This document shows, piece after piece, positions 1 through 8,490 of a stretch of 39,699 bases of DNA (position 1 is the first letter of the stretch; each line of letters starts with the position of its first letter). Source of the stretch: an uncultured bacterium (lineage in GTDB: Bacteria > Chloroflexota > Dormibacteria > Dormibacterales > Dormibacteraceae); NCBI GenBank assembly GCA_966423695.1, contig CBJLKR010000001.1, forward strand, positions 1 through 39,699, read 5' to 3'. A program made the translations under genes and the position numbers. The notes under the pieces were generated by a model. That model was not told the origin of the DNA. It searched no databases and was given only the letters and a program-made list of their open reading frames with translations.

Positions 1-392
1 TTGCCGGAAAGCGTGCTGAGCTCGCCCCGGGCGACGGTGTCGGGAACGACGTTCGCCGGCCGGGCGAGGCCGTGGATATCGGCGTAGCTCCCGCGGGTGC
101 GCCACGTTCCCTCGAAGCGAAGCCCCTCCTTGCCGAGCGCGAGCTGGAGCGTCGAGATAGCGGTGTCGAGCTCGGTCGCCAGCCCCACGGCGTCCATTCC
201 GAGGCGAGCCAGAGGGTGCTCCGGCGTCCGCAGGATGACGGCCAGGTCGTCGACGATCTCCATGCCGCCCGCGTACAGCGCGGTCGCCCCGGGTGCGCGG
301 GCCACCAGCGTGACGTCGGCGCCGTCGCGCCGCGCCGCGAGCGCCGCGCAGTAGCCGGCGATGCCGCCGCCGATCACGACGACGGTGCTCAT
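1..392 (-). CDS. FAD-dependent oxidoreductase, N-terminal part (gene runs off the left edge)
   Basis: Absent from the ORF track because there is no stop in the window. The reverse strand from ATG 392..390 reads MSTVVVIGGGIAGYCAALAARRDGADVTLVARAPGATALYAGG..., a GxGxxG Rossmann FAD/NAD-binding N-terminus (GlpB-like from memory). The ATG overlaps the ribF TGA (ATGA at 389-392). Confidence 0.7.
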   Translation of the reverse strand, partial: MSTVVVIGGGIAGYCAALAARRDGADVTLVARAPGATALYAGGMEIVDDLAVILRTPEHPLARLGMDAVGLATELDTAISTLQLALGKEGLRFEGTWRTRGSYADIHGLARPANVVPDTVARGELSTLSG

Positions 393-1294
393 CGCGACAC
401 GATGCGTCGGGTCTCGGCGACGTCGCGCTTCAGCTGCTGGACGAGGTCGTCCCTCGTCGGGAACCTAATGTCCGGGTGCAGCCAGCGGATGAAGCGCAGC
501 TCGAGCCTCTGCTGGTAGAGGTCGCCCTCGAAGTCGAGAAGAAACGCCTCCACCTTCAGCTCCGTGCCTCCGAACGTCGGCCGGTAACCCACCGACAGGG
601 CGCCCACGAACTCGCCCTCGGGCGCGACGACGCGGCCGGCGTAAGCGCCGAGCGCGGGCACGAGCTTGTTCGGCTCCGGGCTGATGTTCGCCGTCGGGAA
701 GCCCAGCTGCCGGCCGACCTGCGCGCCGGCCTCGACCGGCCCGTTCATCGCGAACTCGCGGCCGAGCAGCCGGTTGGCGATGTCGACCTCACCCGCGGTG
801 ACCAGGCGGCGGATCTCTGAGCTGTGCAGCTCGCGGCCGTCGATCGTGAAGGGCGCCACGACCTCCACGGTGTGACCGTGCGCGCGCAGCCACTCGGCGC
901 TGCCGGTGCGGCCGCGCCCGAATGCGAAGTCGAAGCCGATGACCCAGCTCTTGACGTCCATCGTGGCCGAGAGCCGGTCGACGAACTCCTGCGGCGACAG
1001 CGCGGCGAGCTCGCGATCGAAGCGCAGCACTATCGCGTGGGCGACCCCGGCCTTCTCCACCAGCGCGAGCTTCTCGCGCAGTGTCGTGATCGACGAGGGG
1101 CAGTTCGCGGGGTCGAGCACGCACCTGGGGTGGGGCTCGAAGGTGATCAGCGCAGGCGTGGCGCCCGCGGCCTCGGCAGATTTGCGGAGGTGGGCGATGA
1201 CGTCGAGGTGCCCGAGGTGCACACCGTCGAAGCTGCCGACCGTGAGAGCCACCGGGCCGATGTGCTCGGTCGGCAGGCCCAGATGCGTCCTCAG
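389..1294 (-). CDS. ribF: bifunctional riboflavin kinase / FMN adenylyltransferase RibF
   Basis: The C-terminal ~300 aa of ORF 389..1669 carry RibF hallmarks (LTVGSFDGVHLGH, FDFAFGRGR, GFPTANI). The Arg/Gly/Pro-rich first ~125 aa of that ORF overlap truB out of frame and are rejected. The likely start is CTG 1294..1292, overlapping the truB TGA (CTGA) with AGGTG 5 nt upstream. The first canonical alternative is GTG 1252. Confidence 0.9.
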   Translation of the reverse strand: MRTHLGLPTEHIGPVALTVGSFDGVHLGHLDVIAHLRKSAEAAGATPALITFEPHPRCVLDPANCPSSITTLREKLALVEKAGVAHAIVLRFDRELAALSPQEFVDRLSATMDVKSWVIGFDFAFGRGRTGSAEWLRAHGHTVEVVAPFTIDGRELHSSEIRRLVTAGEVDIANRLLGREFAMNGPVEAGAQVGRQLGFPTANISPEPNKLVPALGAYAGRVVAPEGEFVGALSVGYRPTFGGTELKVEAFLLDFEGDLYQQRLELRFIRWLHPDIRFPTRDDLVQQLKRDVAETRRIVSR

Positions 1295-2199
1295 CTCAAC
1301 ACCTTCTCCGGCACGAAGGTCCGGCGCAGCGGGTCCGTGTGCCCCAGGGCGACGAGCCGGCCCTCGGAGTCGTGCGCCCGCAGCGGTCCGGGCGCGGGCT
1401 CGGGCAGGACCCGCACCGGGCGGCCCTGCCGCACCTGAGCCTCCTGCTCGACGTTGAGGCGGACCTTCTCCATCTCGGGCAGTATGACCTCCGCCGGAAG
1501 GAGTCGAGCTCGCACGGTATCGACGTCGTCGATCGCGTCGGACGAGATCGCGTCCTCGATCGCAAGCGGCCCGTAGGCGGCGCGCACGAGCCGTCCGAGG
1601 TAGCCGCCGACGCCCAACGCCTCGCCCAGATCGCGTGCGATGGAGCGCAGGTAGGTGCCGCTTCCGCACCTGACCTGGATGCGCGCGAAAGCGTTGGGGC
1701 CCGGCTCGAACTCGAGCAGCTCGGCGGCGTAGACGTCGACCTCGCGCGCCGGCGGCCGCTCTGGGTCACCGGCGCGAGCCCGCGCGTAGGCCCGCTTGCC
1801 TTCGAGCTTGACCGCCGAGTAGGCGGGCGGCCGCTGGAGGATCCGGCCGGAGAACACAGCCAGCGCCGCGGCGACGTCGTCCGTGGTCACGGACGACGGA
1901 TCGGCCCGCGGCTGGAGCTCCGCCTCGGCGTCGTCGGTGGCGGTGACGAAACCCAGGTGCACGTCGGCCACGTACGTCTTCGGCAGCCGGTGGGCGAAGT
2001 CGGCAAGGCGCGTCGCGGACTCGAAGAGGATCGGCAGCACGCCGGTGGCCAGCGGGTCGAGCGTCCCGGCGTGACCGACGCGATGGGCGCCGGTCAGGCG
2101 GCGCAGGCGGTTGACGACGGCGAACGACGTCTCACCGGCGGTCTTGTCGACGTTGAGGACGCCGGTTTGAAACCGCTCAGTCGTGGGATGAGGCGGCAA
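1291..2199 (-). CDS. truB: tRNA pseudouridine(55) synthase TruB
   Basis: ORF 302 aa with GVLNVDKTAGETSF...HAGTLDPLATGVLPI, the TruB catalytic Asp motif. TTG start at 2199 overlaps the nrnA end by 23 nt. Confidence 0.95.
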   Translation of the reverse strand: MPPHPTTERFQTGVLNVDKTAGETSFAVVNRLRRLTGAHRVGHAGTLDPLATGVLPILFESATRLADFAHRLPKTYVADVHLGFVTATDDAEAELQPRADPSSVTTDDVAAALAVFSGRILQRPPAYSAVKLEGKRAYARARAGDPERPPAREVDVYAAELLEFEPGPNAFARIQVRCGSGTYLRSIARDLGEALGVGGYLGRLVRAAYGPLAIEDAISSDAIDDVDTVRARLLPAEVILPEMEKVRLNVEQEAQVRQGRPVRVLPEPAPGPLRAHDSEGRLVALGHTDPLRRTFVPEKVLS

Positions 2200-3181
2200 A
2201 GATCGCCTCCTTGGCGGCCCCGAGCACGAGCTTCACCGCCTCGTCCATCGATTTTTCGATCTCGGCGCCCGCGGCGCGGATGTGGCCGCCCCCGCCGAAT
2301 GAGGCGCACAGCGCGGCCGCGTCGACGCCGCCGCGGCTGCGGATGCTGATCTTCGTCAGCTCGCCCGCTACCTCCTTGAAGAGGATCGCGAGCTCGAGCC
2401 CGGCGATGCTGTTCAAGGTGTCGATGATGCCCTCCGACTCGGCCATCACGGCGTTGGCCTCCTTCAGCATCCGGCGCGTGACCTTGGCCCAGGCGAGCCG
2501 GCCGTCGAGCTCGACGCGCATTGTCGCCAGCGCCAGCCCGCTGAGCTTCAGGGTCGTCTCGGGCCGCATCTTGTACACCTGCGTCGCGATGTGGCCGGGA
2601 TCGGCGCCGAGGTGCGCGAGGCGCGCCGCGTCCTCGAGCGTGCGGGGCGTCGTGTTCTCGTGCCGGAATCCGCCCGTGTCCGTCAGCAGGGCGACGTAGA
2701 GGTTGGTCGCGATCGTCGGCGTGATCGGGTAACCGAAGTGATCCAGCATCTCGAGCACCATCTGCCCGACCGCCGACGCCTTCGCGTCGATGACGTTGAT
2801 GTCGCCGAAGCGAGAGTTCGATGGGTGGTGGTCGATGTTGACGATGGTGGCGTGGGAGGCGATGCGGCGGACCGCGCTGCCCGACCGCTCCAGGTTGCCG
2901 GAGTCGAAGAAGAGGACGAGCTGGGGCTCGACGCCGTGAGGCGGCTCCGCGTGGATGTCCGCGAAACCGGGAAGGAACCCGTACATCGGCGGCAGCGGCG
3001 GTGGGACGAGCACCCAGACTTCCTTGCCCTGCGTCCGCAGCGCCTCGGCGAAGGCGAGACTGCAGCCGAGCGTATCGCCGTCGGCGTCCTTGTGGCCGAA
3101 GATCAAGATCTCCTGGTTGGCGTCGATCAGGTCCTTGATCTCGTCGTAGAGGTGCGGCTTGTCCCGCGGAGCGGTGGCTAT
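2177..3181 (-). CDS. nrnA: DHH/DHHA1 phosphoesterase (NrnA-type oligoribonuclease / pAp phosphatase)
   Basis: DHH motifs GHKDADGD, DHH(PSN) and GGGGH(IRAAG). The track ORF starts at TTG 3106, but the conserved N-terminal helix/strand (PHLYDEIKDLIDANQEILIFGH) continues in frame upstream. I propose an ATA start at 3181..3179, preceded by AAGGAGG (3192..3186). Confidence 0.85.
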   Translation of the reverse strand: MATAPRDKPHLYDEIKDLIDANQEILIFGHKDADGDTLGCSLAFAEALRTQGKEVWVLVPPPLPPMYGFLPGFADIHAEPPHGVEPQLVLFFDSGNLERSGSAVRRIASHATIVNIDHHPSNSRFGDINVIDAKASAVGQMVLEMLDHFGYPITPTIATNLYVALLTDTGGFRHENTTPRTLEDAARLAHLGADPGHIATQVYKMRPETTLKLSGLALATMRVELDGRLAWAKVTRRMLKEANAVMAESEGIIDTLNSIAGLELAILFKEVAGELTKISIRSRGGVDAAALCASFGGGGHIRAAGAEIEKSMDEAVKLVLGAAKEAIFAASSHD

Positions 3182-3546
3182 GACGCCTCCTTGTCCGATT
3201 GCGGAGGAAGCACTTCCTTCAACAGCTCGTTGATGTGCACGCTGTACTCGATCGACGGGTCGAGCTCGAACCGCAGCTCAGGTGAGAACTTGAGGTTATG
3301 CAGCCGGCGCCCGAGCTCATGCCGGATCAGACCCTTGGCGGAGATCAATCCCTGCATCGACGCCTTCTGCTCCTCCGGCTTGCCGAGGACCGACACGCGC
3401 ACGCGTGCCTGGCGCAGGTCGGGCGACATGCGCACAGCGGTGATGCTGACGAAACCGATGCGCGGGTCCTTGAGATCGCGGCGGATGATGGACATGATCT
3501 CTTCGCGCACCTGCTCCCCCACCTGGTCCGTGCGGTAGCTGGTCAT
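3178..3546 (-). CDS. rbfA: ribosome-binding factor A
   Basis: MTSYRTDQVGEQVREEIMSIIRRDLKDPRIGFVSITAVRMSPDLRQARVRVSVLG is a typical RbfA. I prefer ATG 3546 (AAGGAAGTGG upstream) over the TTG at 3567. Stop is TAG. Confidence 0.95.
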   Translation of the reverse strand: MTSYRTDQVGEQVREEIMSIIRRDLKDPRIGFVSITAVRMSPDLRQARVRVSVLGKPEEQKASMQGLISAKGLIRHELGRRLHNLKFSPELRFELDPSIEYSVHINELLKEVLPPQSDKEAS

Positions 3547-3582
3547 GGCGACCACTTCCTTTAGCAAGGCGTACGGCCCTGC

Positions 3583-5565
3583 CTAGATTTCTTCCCGCTC
3601 GAGTCGGTACGTCTCCATGCTGTCGCCGGCGACGAAGTCCTCCCAGCCCTCGAGGCCGATGCCGCACTCCTGGCCGGCGGGCATCTCGCGCGCGTCTTCC
3701 TTGAAGTGCTTGAGCGACGAGATCCGGCCCTCGAAGACCTGCTCCCGGCCACGGAAAAGCTTGACCCAGCCGCCACGGCTGACCTTGCCCTCCAGGACGC
3801 GGCTTCCGGCGATGATGCCGAGCCGCGGGATCTTGATCGGCGTGATGACCTCGACACGGCCTTCGTGCACCTGCCGATACGTCGGCTCGCGCAGGCCCTT
3901 GGCCGCGCGCTCGACGTCCTCGGTGAGCTTGTAGATCACGTCGTAATACCGGACCTCGACCTTGGCGCGCTCCGCGGCGGCGGTGCTCTGGGGGGTCGCC
4001 TTGAGGTTGAAGCAGACGATGATGGCGCTCGACACGCTCGCGAGCAGCAGGTCCGAGTCACTGACCTGGCCCACGCCCTGGCCCACGATCTTGATGGCGA
4101 CCACCGGGTCCTCGATCTTCTGCAGGGCGGCGAGCACCGCCTCGAGCGTGCCCTGGGCGTCCGCCTTGACGACCAGGCTGAGCTCCTTGACCTCGCCTTC
4201 CTTGGCGCGCCGCGCCAGGTCCTCGAGCGTGATGCGCGGCGCCACGTCACGGGCCGCCTCAAGGGTCCGCTTCTCGGTGAGCTTGGTCAGCGCGATCTGC
4301 CGCGCGGCCCGCTCCGAGGCGACCACCTGGAAGATGTCTCCCGCCTGCGCGACCTCGCTCATGCCGGAGACGACCACAGGCGTCGCCGGCGCCGCCTCTT
4401 CGACGCTGCGGCCGCGGTCGTCCGCCAGCGCGCGGACGCGGCCGTAGATGTGGCCGCAGACGAAGTCGTCGCCGACCTTCAGCGTGCCGGCCTGCACGAG
4501 CACGGTCGCGACCGGACCGCGGCCGCGCTCGAGGTGCGCGTCGACGATCGTGCCGATCGCGTTGCGGTCGGGGTTGGCCTTGAGCTCCAGGATGTCCGAC
4601 GCGAGCACGATCGTCGTCAGCAGGTCGTCGATGCCCTTGCCCGTCCTCGCGCTGAGGTGGACGCACTCGTGCTCGCCGCCGTAGTGGCGGGTCACGATGC
4701 CCTGCTCGGCAAGCTGCTGATGCACGCGGTCGACGTTGGCGTTGTCCTTGTCGATCGTGTTGATCGCGACGATGATCGGGACCTTGGCCGCCCTGGCGTG
4801 GTGAATCGCCTCGATCGTCTGGGGCATGACGCCGTCGTCCGCGGCGACCACCAGGACCACGAGGTCCGTGACCTGTGCGCCGCGCGCGCGCATCGCGGTG
4901 AAGGCTTCATGGCCTGGCGTGTCGATGAACACGACCGGATGGCCGTCGGCGGTCTCGATCTTGTAGGCGCCGATGCGCTGCGTGATGCCGCCGGCCTCGC
5001 CCGACGCGACGTGCGTCTGCCGGATGGCGTCGAGGATCGAGGTCTTGCCGTGGTCGACGTGGCCGAGCACGGTGACGATAGGCGGGCGCAGCTTGAGCTT
5101 GCTCGGGTCCTCCTTGGCGAGCGAGAAGAGTTCCTCGCGCGAGGTGGTGACGACGTCTCCATCGCCCTGGGCCGCCTCGACCGCGACGACGTCCTCGCTG
5201 GCTACCGGCTCGACCGTGAACCCGAACTCGTCGGCCACGATCTCGGCGGTCGCGAAGTCGATCACCTGGTTGATCTGGGCAAAGATCTTGGAGGCCATGA
5301 GCTTCTTGATGACGTCGACGGGGCTGACGCCGAGCTTGTCGGCGAGGTCCCGGACCGAGAGCGATGGCGGCAGGACAGCCCGGCGGTCGCCGTTCGTCTC
5401 GACCTTGACCGTGACCGTCGTGGGCCTGAACGCGGTGCGGGCGGCCTCTATCGCGCCGGGCGCCAGCGGCGCGGAGGCGTTGCGGGTCAGCCTGCGCTGC
5501 TGCAGGAAGTTGACCAGCTCCTTCTGGCTGATCCCAAGTTCGCGCGCGAGCTCGTGTGCCTTCAT
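3583..5565 (-). CDS. infB: translation initiation factor IF-2
   Basis: 660 aa with GTPase motifs [14 protein letters not shown] and NTIDK, plus the IF-2 C-terminal domains. It follows nusA-ylxR as in the conserved operon. Confidence 0.97.
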   Translation of the reverse strand: MKAHELARELGISQKELVNFLQQRRLTRNASAPLAPGAIEAARTAFRPTTVTVKVETNGDRRAVLPPSLSVRDLADKLGVSPVDVIKKLMASKIFAQINQVIDFATAEIVADEFGFTVEPVASEDVVAVEAAQGDGDVVTTSREELFSLAKEDPSKLKLRPPIVTVLGHVDHGKTSILDAIRQTHVASGEAGGITQRIGAYKIETADGHPVVFIDTPGHEAFTAMRARGAQVTDLVVLVVAADDGVMPQTIEAIHHARAAKVPIIVAINTIDKDNANVDRVHQQLAEQGIVTRHYGGEHECVHLSARTGKGIDDLLTTIVLASDILELKANPDRNAIGTIVDAHLERGRGPVATVLVQAGTLKVGDDFVCGHIYGRVRALADDRGRSVEEAAPATPVVVSGMSEVAQAGDIFQVVASERAARQIALTKLTEKRTLEAARDVAPRITLEDLARRAKEGEVKELSLVVKADAQGTLEAVLAALQKIEDPVVAIKIVGQGVGQVSDSDLLLASVSSAIIVCFNLKATPQSTAAAERAKVEVRYYDVIYKLTEDVERAAKGLREPTYRQVHEGRVEVITPIKIPRLGIIAGSRVLEGKVSRGGWVKLFRGREQVFEGRISSLKHFKEDAREMPAGQECGIGLEGWEDFVAGDSMETYRLEREEI

Positions 5566-5628
5566 CCGAACTACTGATTATGCCGGGCGGAGCGAATTCG
5601 GCCCCGGAGGCCCGGCCGAGGAGGGGCC

Positions 5629-5856
5629 TCAGGCGGTCAGTTCGGCCCAGACGGCGGGCGGCATCGCGGCGCCGAGCGCGCGGTCCAGCGCGCGGCGCTT
5701 GCGGGCGAGCTCGAGGCACTCCCTCGACGCGTGGACGTACGCCCCACGACCGGCCATCCGGCCGGTGGCGTCGCGCGCGACGCTGCCGTCCGGCAGGCGC
5801 ACGACGCGCAGCAGCTCCGCCTTGCCGTCCTCCTGCCGGCAGGCGACGCACGTCCT
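5629..5856 (-). CDS. ylxR: YlxR/RnpM family (DUF448) RNA-binding protein; start codon unresolved
   Basis: Hand translation of the reverse strand gives (PS)RTCVACRQEDGKAELLRVVRLPDGSVARDATGRMAGRGAYVHASRECLELARKRRALDRALGAAMPPAVWAELTA*, with TGA at 5631..5629. It has the RxCxxC and GRGAY motifs and sits at the canonical position between nusA and infB. It is missing from the ORF track because no ATG/GTG/TTG precedes the CxxC motif. Confidence 0.75.
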   Translation of the reverse strand, partial: RTCVACRQEDGKAELLRVVRLPDGSVARDATGRMAGRGAYVHASRECLELARKRRALDRALGAAMPPAVWAELTA

Positions 5857-6874
5857 ACTCGGCCGGTGTCGCGACTTCCCCCTCCGACTCGGTCGGTTTG
5901 ATGTCGATGCGAAGGCCGGTGAGCTTGGCGGCCAGGCGCGCGTTCTGGCCGTCGCGCCCGATCGCGAGCGAAAGCTGGTTCCGGGGCACCATCACCGTGG
6001 CGGTGCGCGTCACGCGGTCGATCGTGACCTTGTCCACCTTCGCCGGCCCCAGGGCGGCGGCGACGAAAGCTTCGGCGTCGTCGGACCAGGGAACGATGTC
6101 GACGTGTTCGTTCACGAGCTCGCTGAGGATCGCGCGATGGCGAACGCCCTTCGGCCCGACGCAGGCCCCGACAGGATCGAGGCCAGGCTCGGTCGAGGAC
6201 ACGGCGATCTTCGTCCGCAGACCCGGCTCGCGCGCGATCCCGCGCACCTGCACCGTGCCTGCCTTGATCTCGGGAACCTCGGCCTCGAGCAGGCGGTGAA
6301 CGAACGAGCGTGACGCTCGCGATACGCGCACTTGCGCCTGCTTGCGGTTGTGCTGCGGCTCCAGGATCACGACCAGGACGGGCCGCCCGGGCATGAGCTG
6401 CTCGCCGGGGATCTGCTCCTCGGGCGGCATCACTCCCTCGGCGCGTCCGAGGTCGATGTAGACGATGCCGGCCTCCACGCGGTCGACAACGCCGCTCGCG
6501 AGCTCGCCCTTGTGCTCCGCGACGTCTCTCAGCACCTTGTCGCGCTCGAGGTCGTGGAGGTGGCGCAGGACGGCGTGCTTGGCGGTCTGGGCGGCCATGC
6601 GCTTGAACTCCTCGGAAGGCAGCTCGCGCACCTCGACCTGCCCGTCCTTGAAGACGCGGGTGGTCACGTTGAGGGCACCGGTCGTGGTGTCGAGCTTCAC
6701 GCTGACGTCGCCCTCGGGGTTGAAGGCGCGCTTATAGGCTGCGGCGAGCGCGCCCTCGACGGTGTGAAGCATCTCGTCGAAGGGGACGCCCAGCTCGCTC
6801 GTGAGGGCGCTCAGCGCCTCCCCGAGCGACTGCGTGGCGGGCTCAGATTGCGACCGCGAGCCTGCCCGCGACAA
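5855..6874 (-). CDS. nusA: transcription termination/antitermination factor NusA
   Basis: 339 aa with an N-terminal domain, S1 and KH domains (PGEQLMPGRPVLVVILE, GACVGPKGVRHRAI, LAIGRDGQNARLAAKLTG). TTG start at 6874 overlaps the rimP end by 32 nt. Stop is TAG. Confidence 0.97.
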   Translation of the reverse strand: MSRAGSRSQSEPATQSLGEALSALTSELGVPFDEMLHTVEGALAAAYKRAFNPEGDVSVKLDTTTGALNVTTRVFKDGQVEVRELPSEEFKRMAAQTAKHAVLRHLHDLERDKVLRDVAEHKGELASGVVDRVEAGIVYIDLGRAEGVMPPEEQIPGEQLMPGRPVLVVILEPQHNRKQAQVRVSRASRSFVHRLLEAEVPEIKAGTVQVRGIAREPGLRTKIAVSSTEPGLDPVGACVGPKGVRHRAILSELVNEHVDIVPWSDDAEAFVAAALGPAKVDKVTIDRVTRTATVMVPRNQLSLAIGRDGQNARLAAKLTGLRIDIKPTESEGEVATPAE

Positions 6875-7313
6875 CGTCTTCCCATGGAATGTGGCTGACG
6901 ACCGGAGCGCGACCCCTGACGCCCGACGCCTGGACCGCGATTCCCGCGCCGTCGACGGCGACGAGCTGGCCTTCCACCACCGACTCGGACTCGCCAGTTC
7001 GGTAGCGGATGTTCACGCGCTTGCCCTGGAAGCGCTCGTACTCCCTGTGGTCGCGCAGCGGGCGCGCGGCGCCGGGGGACGACACCTCGAGCTCGTAAGG
7101 GCCGCTGATGAGGTTGGCGTGGTCGAGGAGAGGGCCGGCGACCCTGCTCACGCGCTCGCAGTCGTCGATGGTGATCGGCTCGGCGTGGTCGATGGAGATG
7201 CGCAGTGTGCGCCCAGACTGACCCGACTGGTCGAGCGAGTACAGCTCGTAACCCATGTGGTTGAGCGTCGGCTCGAGCAGCTCTTTGATCGACGATATGG
7301 GCCAGGTCGGCAT
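6843..7313 (-). CDS. rimP: ribosome maturation factor RimP
   Basis: 156 aa containing LEVSSPGAARPL, a typical RimP core, immediately upstream of nusA. Confidence 0.9.
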   Translation of the reverse strand: MPTWPISSIKELLEPTLNHMGYELYSLDQSGQSGRTLRISIDHAEPITIDDCERVSRVAGPLLDHANLISGPYELEVSSPGAARPLRDHREYERFQGKRVNIRYRTGESESVVEGQLVAVDGAGIAVQASGVRGRAPVVSHIPWEDVVAGRLAVAI

Positions 7314-7390
7314 GTCCGGTTGTCTCGACCTACCTTACAGCACCTTCCCCGGGGTCTCGGCACGCGCCTTCTTGCGCCGAAAGGCATCCC

Positions 7391-7416
7391 CGCGCCACCG
7401 GAAGACGCCGGTCGCG
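7391..7416 (-). terminator. weak GC-rich hairpin just downstream of the secF stop
   Basis: The minus strand reads CGCGACCGG-cgtctt-CCGGTGGCGCG (bulged stem) 3 nt after the secF TGA. There is no clean U-tract. Confidence 0.25.
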
Positions 7417-7419
7417 CGC

Positions 7420-8490
7420 TCAGCGCAGAGGCTGCAACCTCCGCCAGACGACCAGCAGCGGCGCCGCGTTGAAGATCGAGCTGTACGTGCCCGACACGAT
7501 GCCGATGAGCAGCGCGAGGGCCAGCCCCTGGAGGCTCGGCCCCGCGGAGATGAAGATCGCCGCCAGCACCAGGACGACGGTGAAGCTCGTGATGATCGAC
7601 CGCGCCGCGGTCTGCATGATGCTCAGGTTCACCACCTGCTCGAACGAAAGGCGCTGGCTCACGCGCAGGTTCTCGCGGATCCGGTCGAAGACGACGATCG
7701 TGTCGTGCACCGAGAAGCCGACCACCGTCAGCACCGCGGTGACGAAAAACGAGTTGATCTCGCCGACCTCCCAGTTGAACACCGTGCCGAAGATCGAGAA
7801 CAGGCCGGCAAGCACGAACACGTCGTGCAGCAAGGCGGCCAGCGCCGATCCGCCGAACTGGAAACCCGCGCGCCACCCACCCGGCACGTTGCGGAACCGG
7901 ATCGCGAGAAGCATCAGGATGGCCACCGACGCGAGCACGACGGCGAGCAGCGAAAGGGCGATCGTCTCGCCCGCGATCGTGCCTCCTACGACCAGGATCT
8001 GCTGCACGTTCGTCGGTCCGAGCCGGCTCTTGAGGTCGTTCTGGATGCTGGTCACCTGGGTGGGGTTCAGCACCGGGTACCGGATGATGTAGCCGCTGCC
8101 GGTCTGGATCACGGACCCGTTGGCGTTTTCGGCGTTGACGGCCTGCTGCACCTGGGCCAGCGTGGGATGGTTGTCGAAGCTCACCGTCATCTCGGTTCCG
8201 CCTGCGAAGTCGATGCCGAGCTTGAAGTGGTTGTGCCACATGGAAACGATGCCCGGGATGATCACGAGCAGCGAGATCGCAAAGAAGACGTTGCGCCGGC
8301 CGATCAGGTTGAGCCGCCGCGGGCGCGGCTCTGCGACCACAGCCGCAGCCGCAGCCGCTGACGCTGGGGCCGCAGCCGCCGGTGCGGCTTCCTCCGGCTC
8401 GGCCTCGTCCTCCTCGACGGTCGCGCCGGCGTCCCCGTCTGCCCGGACGTCAGACAGCTCGGACACGGTCCACCCCGAGCAATCCGGCAC
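7420..8490 (-). CDS. secF: protein translocase subunit SecF
   Basis: NLIGRRNVFFAISLLVIIPGIVSMW...GIDFAGGTE plus the C-terminal 6-TM SecD/F domain. The start is uncertain: GTG 8490 (overlaps secD by 41 nt), GTG 8466 or GTG 8340. The first ~50 aa of the longest form are an acidic/Ala-rich tract. Confidence 0.9.
   Translation of the reverse strand: MPDCSGWTVSELSDVRADGDAGATVEEDEAEPEEAAPAAAAPASAAAAAAVVAEPRPRRLNLIGRRNVFFAISLLVIIPGIVSMWHNHFKLGIDFAGGTEMTVSFDNHPTLAQVQQAVNAENANGSVIQTGSGYIIRYPVLNPTQVTSIQNDLKSRLGPTNVQQILVVGGTIAGETIALSLLAVVLASVAILMLLAIRFRNVPGGWRAGFQFGGSALAALLHDVFVLAGLFSIFGTVFNWEVGEINSFFVTAVLTVVGFSVHDTIVVFDRIRENLRVSQRLSFEQVVNLSIMQTAARSIITSFTVVLVLAAIFISAGPSLQGLALALLIGIVSGTYSSIFNAAPLLVVWRRLQPLR

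Noticed and set aside
3706-5577. 623-aa plus-strand ORF (and similar long plus-strand ORFs 1339..2349, 10248..11324, 12681..14390, 15536..17050, 18645..19733, 29332..32019, 35771..37177, 37251..38906)
   Set aside because: Each lies antisense to a minus-strand gene with unmistakable family motifs (infB, truB, ruvB, tyrS, pheT, trmH, dinG, scpA, recN). Their translations are Arg/Asp/Gly/Leu-rich low-complexity sequence with no recognisable motifs. This is the usual stop-codon-poor antisense frame of a high-GC genome.
5607-5630. GC-rich hairpin GAGGCCC-N10-GGGCCTC overlapping the ylxR stop, upstream of infB
   Set aside because: 7-bp stem but no U-tract. Such GC palindromes arise easily by chance at this base composition, and I cannot distinguish a processing or stability element from noise.
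8338-8400. gccgca/gccgct near-tandem repeat, considered as a possible VNTR or repeat element
   Set aside because: It is a run of Ala codons within or just before secF (or the secD-secF spacer). It is not a structured tandem repeat with a defined unit and copy number.
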